DNA of 64,000 nucleotides from Actinomycetes bacterium (lineage in GTDB: Bacteria > Actinomycetota > JAHEXW01): NCBI GenBank assembly GCA_023251915.1, contig JAHEXW010000002.1:46529-110528 (forward strand). The letters are read 5' to 3'. This document shows positions 1 through 9,306 of the stretch, piece after piece (within the stretch, counting starts at the first letter, position 1; each line of letters begins with the position of its first letter). Both the position numbers and the translations under genes were made by a program. The notes beneath the pieces were generated by a model that had not been told where the DNA came from, did not search any database, and saw only the letters and a program-made list of their open reading frames with translations.

Positions 1-79
1 GCTCCAGTTCCGCGACCAGTTCGGCCGCCTGCGCTTTGGCCCTCGTTATGACAATGGTCTTACCTGATAGACTCTTCAT
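1..79 (-). CDS. hemD: Uroporphyrinogen-III synthase HemD, N-terminal fragment; gene continues beyond the window start
   Basis: The reverse complement of 1-79 reads MKSLSGKTIVITRAKAQAAELVAELE. The ATG overlaps the hemC stop (ATGA). It sits downstream of hemA and hemC. It is absent from the ORF track because its stop lies outside the window. Confidence 0.6.
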   Translation of the reverse strand, partial: MKSLSGKTIVITRAKAQAAELVAELE

Positions 80-1005
80 TCACACTCTTGTCTTATCTCG
101 TCCAATATGTCTCGAGCCCCGGCATCCAATAGCCGTCCGGCCATTTCCAGAGCCAGACGCTGCGCGTCCGCCGCCGGTCCTTCGATCTCGTCGCGCAGTA
201 CGCGCGTACCGTCCACACTGGCGACCACCGCGTCCATATGCAGATTAGCTCCGTCCAAAACGGCATAAGCCCCCATCGGCACCTGGCAACCGCCGCCTAT
301 CGCGTCCGAGAATATCCGTTCCGCACGCACGCACGTCGATGTTTCCGCATCGTCCAGAAACGCGACCATCTCGCGCGCCGCGGCGTTATCTTGCCTTGTC
401 TCGATGACGATCAGGCCTTGGCCAACCGCCGTTACAACGATTGCCGGTTTAATCCGCTCGGTTATCCTATCGCCCCACCCCAAACGAATCAAGCCGGCGC
501 CGGACAAAAGTATGGCGTCGAGGTTCTCTTCGTCTAGTTTCCTGAGCCGCGTATCGACGTTACCGCGCAAATCAACGAATTTTAGATCAGGCCGGTAGGC
601 GGCCAATTGGGCTCGCCGGCGAAGGCTGCTGGTACCAACGACCGCGCCGGTCGGCAGATCGTCAAGAAGTTCGCCTCGCCGCGAAATCAAAGCATCAGAC
701 GGGTCATCCCGCTTCAGGTACGCGGCCAGGATGAGTTCGGCCGGAATCTCCGTCGGCATGTCTTTGGCCGAATGAACGGCGATATCAACGTCCCCGCTTA
801 AGAGGGCAACCTCGATCTCCTTAACAAACAGACCCTTGTCGCCGATCTTGGCTAAAGGGGCGTCCAGAATCTTGTCGCCGGTCGTTTTGATCTTGACAAG
901 CTCGACTGCCAGGTCGGGATATTCCTCCCGCAGGCGCGCGGCCACAAACTCAGACTGCCATAAAGCCAGCTGACTGCCCCGCGTCCCGATACGGATATTC
1001 TTCAT
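76..1005 (-). CDS. hemC: Porphobilinogen deaminase (hydroxymethylbilane synthase)
   Basis: 309 aa. Begins MKNIRIGTRGSQLALWQ, a typical HemC N-terminus. Full-length. Confidence 0.92.
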   Translation of the reverse strand: MKNIRIGTRGSQLALWQSEFVAARLREEYPDLAVELVKIKTTGDKILDAPLAKIGDKGLFVKEIEVALLSGDVDIAVHSAKDMPTEIPAELILAAYLKRDDPSDALISRRGELLDDLPTGAVVGTSSLRRRAQLAAYRPDLKFVDLRGNVDTRLRKLDEENLDAILLSGAGLIRLGWGDRITERIKPAIVVTAVGQGLIVIETRQDNAAAREMVAFLDDAETSTCVRAERIFSDAIGGGCQVPMGAYAVLDGANLHMDAVVASVDGTRVLRDEIEGPAADAQRLALEMAGRLLDAGARDILDEIRQECE

Positions 1006-2330
1006 TTATCTTCCCTTCGTGTCTTGGCGGCTGATTCCCGCTTGTCCGCAGCCTTTTCAGACTTCTCGGCGGGCAAGTCGAACAGATAGCGCACCGTTTC
1101 TAGATGTCGGTAACGTTCCTTTTCGTGCTCGTGTTCCTTAAGCCGCGTTATCGGTTCGTGCAGAATCTTGCTCAATACCACTTTGGCTAGCGCGTTGATT
1201 TCGTTCTTCTCTTTATCCGACAGGTTATCAAGTTTATGCAGAGTCTTCTCGACCTCGGCCGTGCGGATTTCCTCCGCCCGTTTCTTCAGAGCCGCGATCG
1301 TCGGAACTATGTCTAGTGATCCTAACCAGGCTGTAAAAGCGTCGACCTCTTCCTCGATTATGCTTTCGACCTTTTCGGCCTCGCGTTCCCGGTCGGCCAG
1401 ATTGGAGGCGATAACAGACTGCAGGTCATCGATGTTGTAAAGGAATACGCCGTTCAGGGAGTCAACATCCGGCGCGATGTCCCGCGGCACGGCAATGTCG
1501 ACCAAAAAGATAGGCCGATGCTTCCTGCCGCGCATCACGTCCGCCATCATGTCTCGGGTAAGAACAAACCCCGAGGCTCCGGTTGATGAGACGACGATAT
1601 CGGCGGTCCTCATCTCAGCGGGAAAGTCTTCGAAACGGGCCGGCCGGCCGCCGAATTTTCGGGCGAATTCCTCCGCCCGTTCGTATGTCCGGTTGGCGAC
1701 GACAATCGCCGTCACACCCTTGTCCTTCAGCGCTTGCGCGGTCAGCTCACTCATCTCACCCGCGCCGATTATTAACACGGTCCGGCCGCTCAGGTCCTCA
1801 AAAACGTTCATGGCCAGTTCGACCGCGACGGAACTAATGCTCAGCGCGCTCTCGCCGATGGCGGTTTCGCTTCTGGCCCGCTTGCCGACCCGGATGGCGT
1901 TAGCGAACAACTTGTTAAAGATAACGCCGGTCGACTCGGCCTCCAGCGCAACCGAATAACACTCCTTGATCTGGCCTTGAATCTGCGCCTCGCCCAAGAC
2001 CATCGAATCGAGACTGGACACGACCCGGAACAGGTGATGCACGGCGCTATCGAGAGTACTGCTGTAGAGGTGTTTTTCCAGGTCCTCGCGTTTGAAACCG
2101 CTGAACTCGGCGAGATAGGCGGTGAGGTCGTTCTTGCCCCGATCGGGGTCATCGACAACCGCGTACAGCTCCGTCCGGTTGCAGGTCGAGAGAATGGCGG
2201 CCTCGGCCACGCTCGGAGACATCAGTAGGCTATCGAGGTGACTCGCCTGGTCGGCGGCGGGAAACGAGATTTTCTCCCGCACCTCGATCGGCGCCGTCTT
2301 ATGACTTAATCCCAAAACTATTATGTGCAT
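1002..2330 (-). CDS. hemA: Glutamyl-tRNA reductase
   Basis: 442 aa. Begins MHIIVLGLSHKTAPIEVREK and contains the NAD-binding GAGEMSE motif. Overlaps hemC by 4 nt. Confidence 0.92.
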   Translation of the reverse strand: MHIIVLGLSHKTAPIEVREKISFPAADQASHLDSLLMSPSVAEAAILSTCNRTELYAVVDDPDRGKNDLTAYLAEFSGFKREDLEKHLYSSTLDSAVHHLFRVVSSLDSMVLGEAQIQGQIKECYSVALEAESTGVIFNKLFANAIRVGKRARSETAIGESALSISSVAVELAMNVFEDLSGRTVLIIGAGEMSELTAQALKDKGVTAIVVANRTYERAEEFARKFGGRPARFEDFPAEMRTADIVVSSTGASGFVLTRDMMADVMRGRKHRPIFLVDIAVPRDIAPDVDSLNGVFLYNIDDLQSVIASNLADREREAEKVESIIEEEVDAFTAWLGSLDIVPTIAALKKRAEEIRTAEVEKTLHKLDNLSDKEKNEINALAKVVLSKILHEPITRLKEHEHEKERYRHLETVRYLFDLPAEKSEKAADKRESAAKTRREDK

Positions 2331-3188
2331 CTAAAATCCACTTCCGTAGTTGTGGATACTTGGCAGAATGTAGTTGACGAAATAGGTAAAGAGAGCGGCT
2401 AAAAAACCGACGATGATGGCCGCGCTGGCTCGCCGGCCGCGCCAACCCAAAAACAAACGACCCGCAATGTATCCGCCGAAGACGGCCCAGGTGACGACGG
2501 CCGACAGGATCTTTGGGTCAGAGTACCAAGCCTGCCAGGCGGGCAGCATCTGGGCCCGCAAGGCTCCGGTGATGATGACGAGGGTCAAAAAGAGAAACGA
2601 GACGGAGGTCGCTTTGTAGGCCAGGCTGTCCAGTGTTTCGAGGGGCGGGAACTTGCGAAACACGCGCCCCAGCCGTTTCTTCTTCTTAAGCCGGTTTTCC
2701 TCGACTATCTGCAGAACCGCGGCCGCCAGCGCGACGGTCAACGCGCCATAGGCCAGCAGTGCCAACAGAACATGCACGACGACCCAGACGCTCTTGAGGG
2801 CCGGCGTGATTGTGTATTCCAGTCCGTAACCGGCCCAGGCCCAGAACTGCAAGACCAAAACGGCCGGCATGACCAGCATACCGGCTGCCTTAATGCGCGG
2901 CATCCGGCCGGCGTACAGCGATTCACTGATCAGATAGGCGCCTAGTAAACAAAGTGCGTACACGGCGCGGGTTCCGAATTGAATACCGAACTCGGTCAGG
3001 CCAAAGTACAGCCATTTGACGACGAGAGACGCCGATAACAACGCGAAAGCGGCAACACCAAGGTCGCTGGACAGAGACTCAAGGCGATCGCTTTCGCCCT
3101 CAGCGAAGAAATTGCGGACATAGAATATTGCGCTGGCCGCGGCGGCGATCAATGCCAACCAAAAGAAGACGGTTACGAGATTATTCAA
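2331..3188 (-). CDS. hemX: HemX-like membrane protein of the cytochrome c assembly (CcsA/ResC) family
   Basis: 285 aa, polytopic. Carries a degenerate WWD-type motif, AWQAWYSDPKILSAVVTW. It sits immediately upstream of hemA, as hemX does in Bacillus. Appears to use a TTG start. Confidence 0.6.
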   Translation of the reverse strand: MNNLVTVFFWLALIAAAASAIFYVRNFFAEGESDRLESLSSDLGVAAFALLSASLVVKWLYFGLTEFGIQFGTRAVYALCLLGAYLISESLYAGRMPRIKAAGMLVMPAVLVLQFWAWAGYGLEYTITPALKSVWVVVHVLLALLAYGALTVALAAAVLQIVEENRLKKKKRLGRVFRKFPPLETLDSLAYKATSVSFLFLTLVIITGALRAQMLPAWQAWYSDPKILSAVVTWAVFGGYIAGRLFLGWRGRRASAAIIVGFLAALFTYFVNYILPSIHNYGSGF

Positions 3189-3209
3189 AGGATGTCCTTT
3201 GCGATTTGC

Positions 3210-3368
3210 TTAGGCAGATGGTGTTTTGCGAACAGTATCGCTCAGATGCGTTATTTCCTGTTTCAACTTGGCTATTTTAACAGCCAGGTAACCTACATAT
3301 CCGGTTAGAAGCAACCAGGCGACCACATAAGCGCCCAGAACGTACGGGGCCATTTTGATATCAGGCAT
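3210..3368 (-). CDS. ccmD: Candidate heme exporter protein D (CcmD-like small membrane protein). Not in the ORF track because it is only 52 aa
   Basis: My own translation: MPDIKMAPYVLGAYVVAWLLLTGYVGYLAVKIAKLKQEITHLSDTVRKTPSA. One transmembrane helix. Starts 2 nt after the ccmC stop. The position matches ccmD in ccmABCD operons. Confidence 0.5.
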   Translation of the reverse strand: MPDIKMAPYVLGAYVVAWLLLTGYVGYLAVKIAKLKQEITHLSDTVRKTPSA

Positions 3369-3369
3369 A

Positions 3370-4065
3370 TTATTTCCCTCCGTTTTCGATGGCGTCTTTG
3401 ACGTCGCGCAAGCCGTCTTGCATGTTTTCGATATCGATCTTTACCAACAGGAGCGCGACATATAGCAACGTAAAGCCAAGCATCGACAGCAGCAGCCAGA
3501 TGTACATGCTGGGTTCAAGGCCCGAATCTTTTGCCCCGATCACGACCGGGTGCAGGACGTTCTTGATTAAGCGCGTGGACAAGAACGAGACGGGCACGTC
3601 TAGGGCGGCGATAATGCCAAAGACCGCGGCAAACGTTGCTTGCCGGCTGCGCTCGGTCACCATGGAGCGCAAGAAGAAATACGCCCCGAAAAGCAGCAAT
3701 AGGATGAGGTAGGTCGTCAGTCGCGGGTCCCAGGTCCACCAGACGCCCCAGGCGAGATAATCCCAGGTCATTCCGAATACCATCAAAACGACACCGAACA
3801 CCAGCCCCAGCTCAGCCGAGCAATACGCCGCTACGTCATACTTCAGTTCCTTCTTGATGAGATACATAACGCTAAAGACCAGCGTCGCCAGGAACGCGAT
3901 GAAACTCAAGATGGCCACAGGCAGATGCCAATAGAATATCTTCTGTGAGAAACCGGTCTGGGCCGCCGGCAGCACCGGCTCGACCACGAAGATGCCATAG
4001 AGTGAGATAACCAACAGGACGCCAGCCAGAATTGAAAGCCCTATCGTAATGTTTTTCCGGTTCAT
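3370..4065 (-). CDS. ccmC: Heme exporter protein CcmC
   Basis: Canonical WWD motif WGVWWTWDPRLT, with flanking His residues in YWHLP and VLHP. The start was moved to the internal ATG at 4065 (MNRKNITIGL), which has a GGAG Shine-Dalgarno. The longer track ORF would overlap the ccmB 3' end. Confidence 0.85.
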   Translation of the reverse strand: MNRKNITIGLSILAGVLLVISLYGIFVVEPVLPAAQTGFSQKIFYWHLPVAILSFIAFLATLVFSVMYLIKKELKYDVAAYCSAELGLVFGVVLMVFGMTWDYLAWGVWWTWDPRLTTYLILLLLFGAYFFLRSMVTERSRQATFAAVFGIIAALDVPVSFLSTRLIKNVLHPVVIGAKDSGLEPSMYIWLLLSMLGFTLLYVALLLVKIDIENMQDGLRDVKDAIENGGK

Positions 4066-4105
4066 TGTACTCCTTGTACTCTTCGTACTCCTTGGACTCC
4101 TGAAA

Positions 4106-4789
4106 CTACTCACCAATCACGAAATCATAAAGTGCGTATCCGGCCAGGAGGAATATTATATCAAAAGCGATGATCAAATATAGCCAAGAGCTCATGTCAA
4201 CGGCCGCCGTACCCCCCATGATGAGGGCGTTTGTATAGGAAACCACCTGCATCATGAACGGTGTCATAACCGGCAGATATAGGATCGGCAGCAGTAGATC
4301 ACGCGCCCGGGTATTGGCCGATATTGTTGCCAACAGCGTACCAACGCCACAAATCCCCAAATCGCCGAGCAGTAAGACCATCGCCAGCTTGAGGGCAGCT
4401 GCGCCCGTTAATCCGCCCAGAAAAAAGAGCGCGAAGATCGGCACGACGATTACTTGTAGAACGATAAGGAAAATCAGATTGCCCGCTAGTTTCGCCAGAA
4501 AGATGACCGGGCGATCGACCGGCGTCAGCAACAAGCCGTCCAAGCACTGCTCATCCTTCTCATGAACAAAGCTGCGGTTAAGGCCGAGCAGGGACGTGAA
4601 CAGCACGGCGACCCACAACATTCCCGCGGCAACCGGTGTCAGGTCCTTAAGGTTCGGCGAGAACGCGAAATGGAAGATGACCAGCGCCATGATGCTGAAC
4701 AGGAAGGTCGACGTAAAGACATCCTTGCTGCGGATCTCCAGCAGAAGATCCTTGCGCAGAATGGCCCAGAACTGCTTAGTCGCACTCAT
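4106..4789 (-). CDS. ccmB: Heme exporter protein CcmB (ABC permease)
   Basis: Starts MSATKQFWAILRKDLLLEIR. Six-transmembrane-helix CcmB-like hydrophobic profile. Its start overlaps the ccmA stop by 14 nt. The track ORF runs further upstream inside ccmA. Confidence 0.85.
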   Translation of the reverse strand: MSATKQFWAILRKDLLLEIRSKDVFTSTFLFSIMALVIFHFAFSPNLKDLTPVAAGMLWVAVLFTSLLGLNRSFVHEKDEQCLDGLLLTPVDRPVIFLAKLAGNLIFLIVLQVIVVPIFALFFLGGLTGAAALKLAMVLLLGDLGICGVGTLLATISANTRARDLLLPILYLPVMTPFMMQVVSYTNALIMGGTAAVDMSSWLYLIIAFDIIFLLAGYALYDFVIGE

Positions 4790-5507
4790 TGCTGTCTCCC
4801 GTGACGCAGACGCGCCGGTAGGTAGCCTTGAGTTCGGCGGGGTCTGGCCGGTCGGCGGAATCGTAAACGATCTGGCCGTTCTTGAGGATGATTGCCTTGG
4901 TTCCCAGCTCCAGACTGCGTTCAAGGTTATGCGTGACCATGACAAAAGTATGGTCGGCCCGCAGCTCCTCAATGATGCCGTCCAGAATATCCACGGCGTG
5001 CGGATCGAGCCCGGTTTGTGGTTCATCCAAAAAAAGCAGTTCGGGGCGATGCAGCAGCGCGCGCGCTATGGCCAAGCGTTGAAACATACCGCGGGAGAAA
5101 TCGCGCACGGTGTCGTAACGCCGGTGGGTAAGCTCGACCCGTTCGAGCAGTTCCGTAATGCGGTCGTCCAAGTCTTCCACGCCGTACATCTCGCCATAGA
5201 AGCGGAGGTTCTCATAGGTCGTCAGGTCACGATAGAGAAGATGGCTGTGGGAAATGAAACCGATACGACGGCGAATCTCAGTCGGGTCGCTCTTTAGGGA
5301 ATAGCCGAGGACAGACGCGTCGCCGGCAGTTGGCGCCAGCAGTGTTGCCAGCACGCGCAGCAGGGTCGTCTTCCCCGCGCCGTTAGGGCCAAGCAGGAGC
5401 AGAAACTCGCCGCGATCCAGCGTCAGATCGATACCCGCCAAAATCGCCCGCCGGCCGAAATTCTTGGTTAAGCTTCGGACCTCTAGCGCCGGGCCAGCCG
5501 TGTTCAT
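4776..5507 (-). CDS. ccmA: Heme exporter ATP-binding protein CcmA
   Basis: Walker A GPNGAGKTTLLR, ABC signature SRGMFQRLAIARAL, Walker B LLFLDEP. Confidence 0.9.
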   Translation of the reverse strand: MNTAGPALEVRSLTKNFGRRAILAGIDLTLDRGEFLLLLGPNGAGKTTLLRVLATLLAPTAGDASVLGYSLKSDPTEIRRRIGFISHSHLLYRDLTTYENLRFYGEMYGVEDLDDRITELLERVELTHRRYDTVRDFSRGMFQRLAIARALLHRPELLFLDEPQTGLDPHAVDILDGIIEELRADHTFVMVTHNLERSLELGTKAIILKNGQIVYDSADRPDPAELKATYRRVCVTGDSNECD

Positions 5508-7495
5508 TTTGCCGGGGCGCCCGGCCGTTTCGGCACCACGGCGATGATGACGCCTAGGATTAGCAGTATACTGCCGGCCCAGACAAAAGAGATCAAGGGG
5601 TTGATCTTGACCTCAAAAATCAGCTGATTGGAGTTGTTGATTCCCTGGAACACCATGAAGATATCGCGGAACGGTTGAATAATCACGTCGGCGTTCATGC
5701 CGGGTTGCTCTCGCACCGTATAGTAGATGTAGGCTGGTTCGGCGTTTCTTAGCGCGTGGCCGTTCTCGTCGACAACCTTAAAGACTGTGGTGTTGATCTC
5801 TTTTCCCGTTCCCTTGGTTTGTTCATAACCCTGATAGGTGAATTTCATTTTACCGGCGCTGAAGCTGGCGCCCTTTTTGTCCGCCAGAGTCTTGGACAGT
5901 GACACCGTGTACATCGAGCTGCCGATCAGGCCGATGACGACGATCGCCAAACCGAGGTGGGTAATAAACCCTCCGGCTTGCCCGGGTGTCTTCATGAAGA
6001 AACCGCCAACCGCCGCTGCGAGGCCTTCCCCGCTCTGCATCCTCTGCCTGATCTTGCTGCCGTATATCTGGCAAGCAGCAGCGATGGCAAAGGTCGCGAC
6101 GACAAAACCGACGTACCCGAGCCAACCGTTGGCCGGCAAGACCTGCGTCGGATTGACCGATTTAACCATCGCCTCCAGGCTCTTCCAATAGAAGTACCAC
6201 GGCACAGCGCTAACCAAAGCGATTACTCCCGGAACAAGCGCCCGCCGGCCGAATTTCATCAGGTTCGTCTCGCCAAAGCTGAGTAAAGGACAGACAGAGA
6301 TCAAGAACAAAAGAACGATACCGAGAGGTTGCGCGATCGCCGAATAAACGCCCGCTCCGACCGTCTGTTTGGTGATTTGCGGCAAGAACGCGCCAACTAG
6401 AATGATCAGCGAGCAGAATATGAGCAAGATGTTGTTGATGTGATAGACGGCGTCACGCGACAGATACGACTGGAAAATGTGCTTGCTCTCAAAGGCCTGC
6501 CACCGGTTGAAAAGCAGATAGCCGGTAACGCCCAGGACGGTGACGATGACGGCCGCATAGTAGACGAGAATGGCCGTTGTGCCTTCAAAGCTGTGTACCG
6601 ATTGAACGATGCCCCCGCGAGTCATGAACGCCGCCATTATGACCATGAAGAAGGCGAAAACGCTCATCGACACCGCCCAGCGTTTGAAACTCTGACGTTG
6701 GCGGTAGATGTGGAACGAATGCAGGAGCGCTGTGGCGCCTAGCCATGGTAACAAGCTGGCGTTCTCAACCGGATCCCAACCCCAGTAGCCGCCCCAGCCC
6801 AGAACGACATAGGCCCAGGCCGCGCCGAGAAATATGCCGAGCGACAAGAACAGCCAGCCGACGAGCGTCCACCGTTGGCTGCGCTCAACCCAAGCTGGCG
6901 AGGCGTCGCCGGTAAGCAGCGCCGCGAGCGCATAGGCAAACGGCACCGTCATCAGCGCGTAGCCCATGAACAACGTGGGAGGATGGAGGACCATCGCCCA
7001 GTGCAGCAGCAGCGGATTGATTCCCAAACCGACCGTGACGGCCGCGATCTTAAAGGGGTTGCCCAAGACCAGCATGAAGGCCAGCATGAATGCCTGGACG
7101 GCGCTCATGACCATCAGGGCGTTGCTCGTGAGAACGTCATAGACATGGGAGCGCAGGTAGGCGATCAGCGCCGCCGCGCCTGATACGAACCACAACCACA
7201 AGAGGAACGAACCCTCCTGGCCGGCCCAGAACGCGCTGATGCGATAGAACAGGCTCATGTCCGCGCTGGAGTTGGCGGCGACGTAATCAAACGAATAGAC
7301 CTTGGCGATGAAACCGTAGAGCAGGATCAGGCAGGCCAGGGTGACAAACCCGAATATGGCATAAACCATTTGGTACGGGAGCTTCATTTGATGCTCGGGC
7401 GAACCCGTCCTACCGGAGCGTACGTAGAGAAGAGTGACTGCCGACACAGCTGCTATGGCGGCTAAAACCAGGGCGATATACCCAAGGTACGTCAT
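5504..7495 (-). CDS. ccmF: Cytochrome c-type biogenesis protein CcmF (heme lyase component)
   Basis: 663 aa, polytopic. WWD motif WGGYWGWDPVENASL. Confidence 0.9.
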   Translation of the reverse strand: MTYLGYIALVLAAIAAVSAVTLLYVRSGRTGSPEHQMKLPYQMVYAIFGFVTLACLILLYGFIAKVYSFDYVAANSSADMSLFYRISAFWAGQEGSFLLWLWFVSGAAALIAYLRSHVYDVLTSNALMVMSAVQAFMLAFMLVLGNPFKIAAVTVGLGINPLLLHWAMVLHPPTLFMGYALMTVPFAYALAALLTGDASPAWVERSQRWTLVGWLFLSLGIFLGAAWAYVVLGWGGYWGWDPVENASLLPWLGATALLHSFHIYRQRQSFKRWAVSMSVFAFFMVIMAAFMTRGGIVQSVHSFEGTTAILVYYAAVIVTVLGVTGYLLFNRWQAFESKHIFQSYLSRDAVYHINNILLIFCSLIILVGAFLPQITKQTVGAGVYSAIAQPLGIVLLFLISVCPLLSFGETNLMKFGRRALVPGVIALVSAVPWYFYWKSLEAMVKSVNPTQVLPANGWLGYVGFVVATFAIAAACQIYGSKIRQRMQSGEGLAAAVGGFFMKTPGQAGGFITHLGLAIVVIGLIGSSMYTVSLSKTLADKKGASFSAGKMKFTYQGYEQTKGTGKEINTTVFKVVDENGHALRNAEPAYIYYTVREQPGMNADVIIQPFRDIFMVFQGINNSNQLIFEVKINPLISFVWAGSILLILGVIIAVVPKRPGAPAK

Positions 7496-7510
7496 TGAAG
7501 CTCCTTTGCT

Positions 7511-7915
7511 CTATTTGGTTACGATTGGCTGATTCTCGTATTTTGACGGACATTTGGTCACCAAGGATTCGGCTTCGACCAGACCCTTTTTCTTGTAGGT
7601 GCCCTCGGCAATGACCTGGATATTGTCCGCGAAAGTCGCTGGCAAAGCGCCGTTATAGGTCACTGTGATCTGGTTCTTGGAATCGGTTATCTTGAAAGTG
7701 GCCTTGGTTCCGCTCTTGACTATCGTCTTCGGTATGACCTTCCCGCCGACCCGAACCGACTTGCCGATCAGCGTCGAATCGTTGTTGATCTCTGTCACCG
7801 TCTTAAAATACGACAGGTTATTGCCGCCGCGTGTGGCCGAGTACAACAGGATGGCCAGCAAACCAAGGATAATAACGGTCACAACGACCAGGCGGTTTTT
7901 GCTTCGTTTCTCCAA
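7511..7915 (-). CDS. ccmE: Cytochrome c maturation heme chaperone CcmE, Cys variant (CxxxY in place of HxxxY)
   Basis: N-terminal transmembrane anchor and CcmE OB-fold. The C-terminal motif is VTKCPSKYEN where canonical CcmE has LAKHDENY. The start is probably a TTG at 7915 with an AAGAGG Shine-Dalgarno. The track uses a GTG at 7924. Confidence 0.8.
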   Translation of the reverse strand: MEKRSKNRLVVVTVIILGLLAILLYSATRGGNNLSYFKTVTEINNDSTLIGKSVRVGGKVIPKTIVKSGTKATFKITDSKNQITVTYNGALPATFADNIQVIAEGTYKKKGLVEAESLVTKCPSKYENQPIVTK

Positions 7916-8038
7916 ACTAATCACCTCTTGAATGGGACAAAAAGAAATGCCGACCTTAAAGCGTGTGATGAGCGGCAGGCATCTCTATAAATGTAACAAG
8001 TTTTAGGCTAAAAGACAACGTCCAAGCTGGGGAGCAGG

Positions 8039-8632
8039 CTATTTCTTCCCTTTATTGTAATGACATATCTCGCACTTGACTGGTGCCTTCCTGGCCTTAT
8101 GGCAGGAGATACAGTCCTTCATCTGAACTGTGTTCTTGGCCTTCGGGGTCTGGTCGTGAACCAAGTTTTTGTGACAATCGACGCACTTGTACGGGTTGCC
8201 TTTCATCTTGTGATGCCCGGAAGGCAGCTTGAGGTCGTTTTGCATTGTGATCTTACGATGCTCGGCGTGGCACACAATGCAGTTGGCGTTGGGTACGGAA
8301 GGTCCGGCCTCTGCCGCGTCGGGACGGAAAACGATCGCGACAACGATCTGGCGAAACAGGGCGCCTTTGGCGACGCCCCAGCCGATAATCCCCGAACCGC
8401 TATGACAAGACAAACAGCCTGCCTTCGCGTGCGTCGATTTTGTCCAGGTGGCGTAATACGGCTTCATTACGTGGCAAGTGCCGCAGAAGCTATCGCGAGA
8501 CGTGTAGACGGAAGGTATTCCGATGATCAGGATCAACAGAAGCGCCAAACCAAACAGCGGCGTCCAGCCTTTTAGGCCGCGGCGCGGCGCGCGGCGAGAT
8601 GGCCGGCCTAGCCGGTTGGAGTCAGCCGTCAC
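8039..8632 (-). CDS. Membrane-anchored hexaheme c-type cytochrome (NapC/NirT/NrfH-like)
   Basis: 197 aa with an N-terminal transmembrane helix. Six CxxCH motifs: CGTCH, CLSCH, CIVCH, CVDCH, CISCH, CEICH. Its start overlaps the stop of the upstream CcmC-like gene. Confidence 0.8.
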   Translation of the reverse strand: MTADSNRLGRPSRRAPRRGLKGWTPLFGLALLLILIIGIPSVYTSRDSFCGTCHVMKPYYATWTKSTHAKAGCLSCHSGSGIIGWGVAKGALFRQIVVAIVFRPDAAEAGPSVPNANCIVCHAEHRKITMQNDLKLPSGHHKMKGNPYKCVDCHKNLVHDQTPKAKNTVQMKDCISCHKARKAPVKCEICHYNKGKK

Positions 8633-9306
8633 TTTGGTTCCCCTTTGCTCGTAAGGCGGCGGACCAAAAGGACGGAAATGATCGCCGCGGCTGCCAAGGA
8701 AATGAATATACCTAAAGTATCATACTTAATCAGGGAGCTAGATGAATTACTAATTGGATTCGTGGTCGGATGCATTACGGCGGGGACGCGAGCCACCAGT
8801 ATCCAGACAACCACGCCCATGACAACGTTAAGAAAGCTGATGATCTTCGGCTGTTCGAAAACCGTCTCCAAGAGTGCGATGGCCACCAGCGTTACCAAGA
8901 TGGAGGCGGCCAAAAGGAACCGCGGTTCAGTCCAGATGATTCCGCCCCAGGCTAGCTTCATGGCCAGGACGCTGGAGGTTATATAGACAAACCAAAAGAT
9001 GAGCGTGACCGCTTTGGCCGGCTGAGACCATTCAAAGAAGACCCGGCGACCCGTCGCCAGATGAAGCAAACCCAATAAGCCGACAACGGAAACTAGTGCC
9101 ATGCTGACGAAGACCAGGGCGGCGTGGAAGTAGATCAATTTGGCGGCATCACCCAATTGCCGCTCGGCAGGCGCCAGCCAGGCCAGCAGAACAGCACAGG
9201 CGACACACACACAAAGCCCGATTCCCAAGACAAGCGTGGCACCTCGGCGGTTAGCGACTGCGGTGTTAGTCACCGTGCCCCTGTCCCGCGACCATTTCCA
9301 GCGCAT
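8629..9306 (-). CDS. Divergent CcmC/heme-handling (WWD family) paralog
   Basis: Six predicted transmembrane helices. KLIYFHAALV aligns with YWHLPVAIL of the ccmC at 3370. WGGIIWTEPRF aligns with WGVWWTWDPRL. A conserved His in VMHPTT aligns with VLHPVV. The start is uncertain because it overlaps the mogA 3' end. Confidence 0.55.
   Translation of the reverse strand: MRWKWSRDRGTVTNTAVANRRGATLVLGIGLCVCVACAVLLAWLAPAERQLGDAAKLIYFHAALVFVSMALVSVVGLLGLLHLATGRRVFFEWSQPAKAVTLIFWFVYITSSVLAMKLAWGGIIWTEPRFLLAASILVTLVAIALLETVFEQPKIISFLNVVMGVVVWILVARVPAVMHPTTNPISNSSSSLIKYDTLGIFISLAAAAIISVLLVRRLTSKGEPK

Noticed and set aside
36-801. Track ORFs 36-248(+), 238-537(+), 404-598(+), 607-801(+)
   Set aside because: They lie antisense to, or out of frame with, the well-supported hemC gene. 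Their Arg/Pro/Ala-rich composition is typical of spurious ORFs in high-GC DNA.
4596-5297. 233-aa plus-strand ORF
   Set aside because: Fully antisense to ccmA/ccmB, which have clear ABC motifs. No start context and no recognisable domains.
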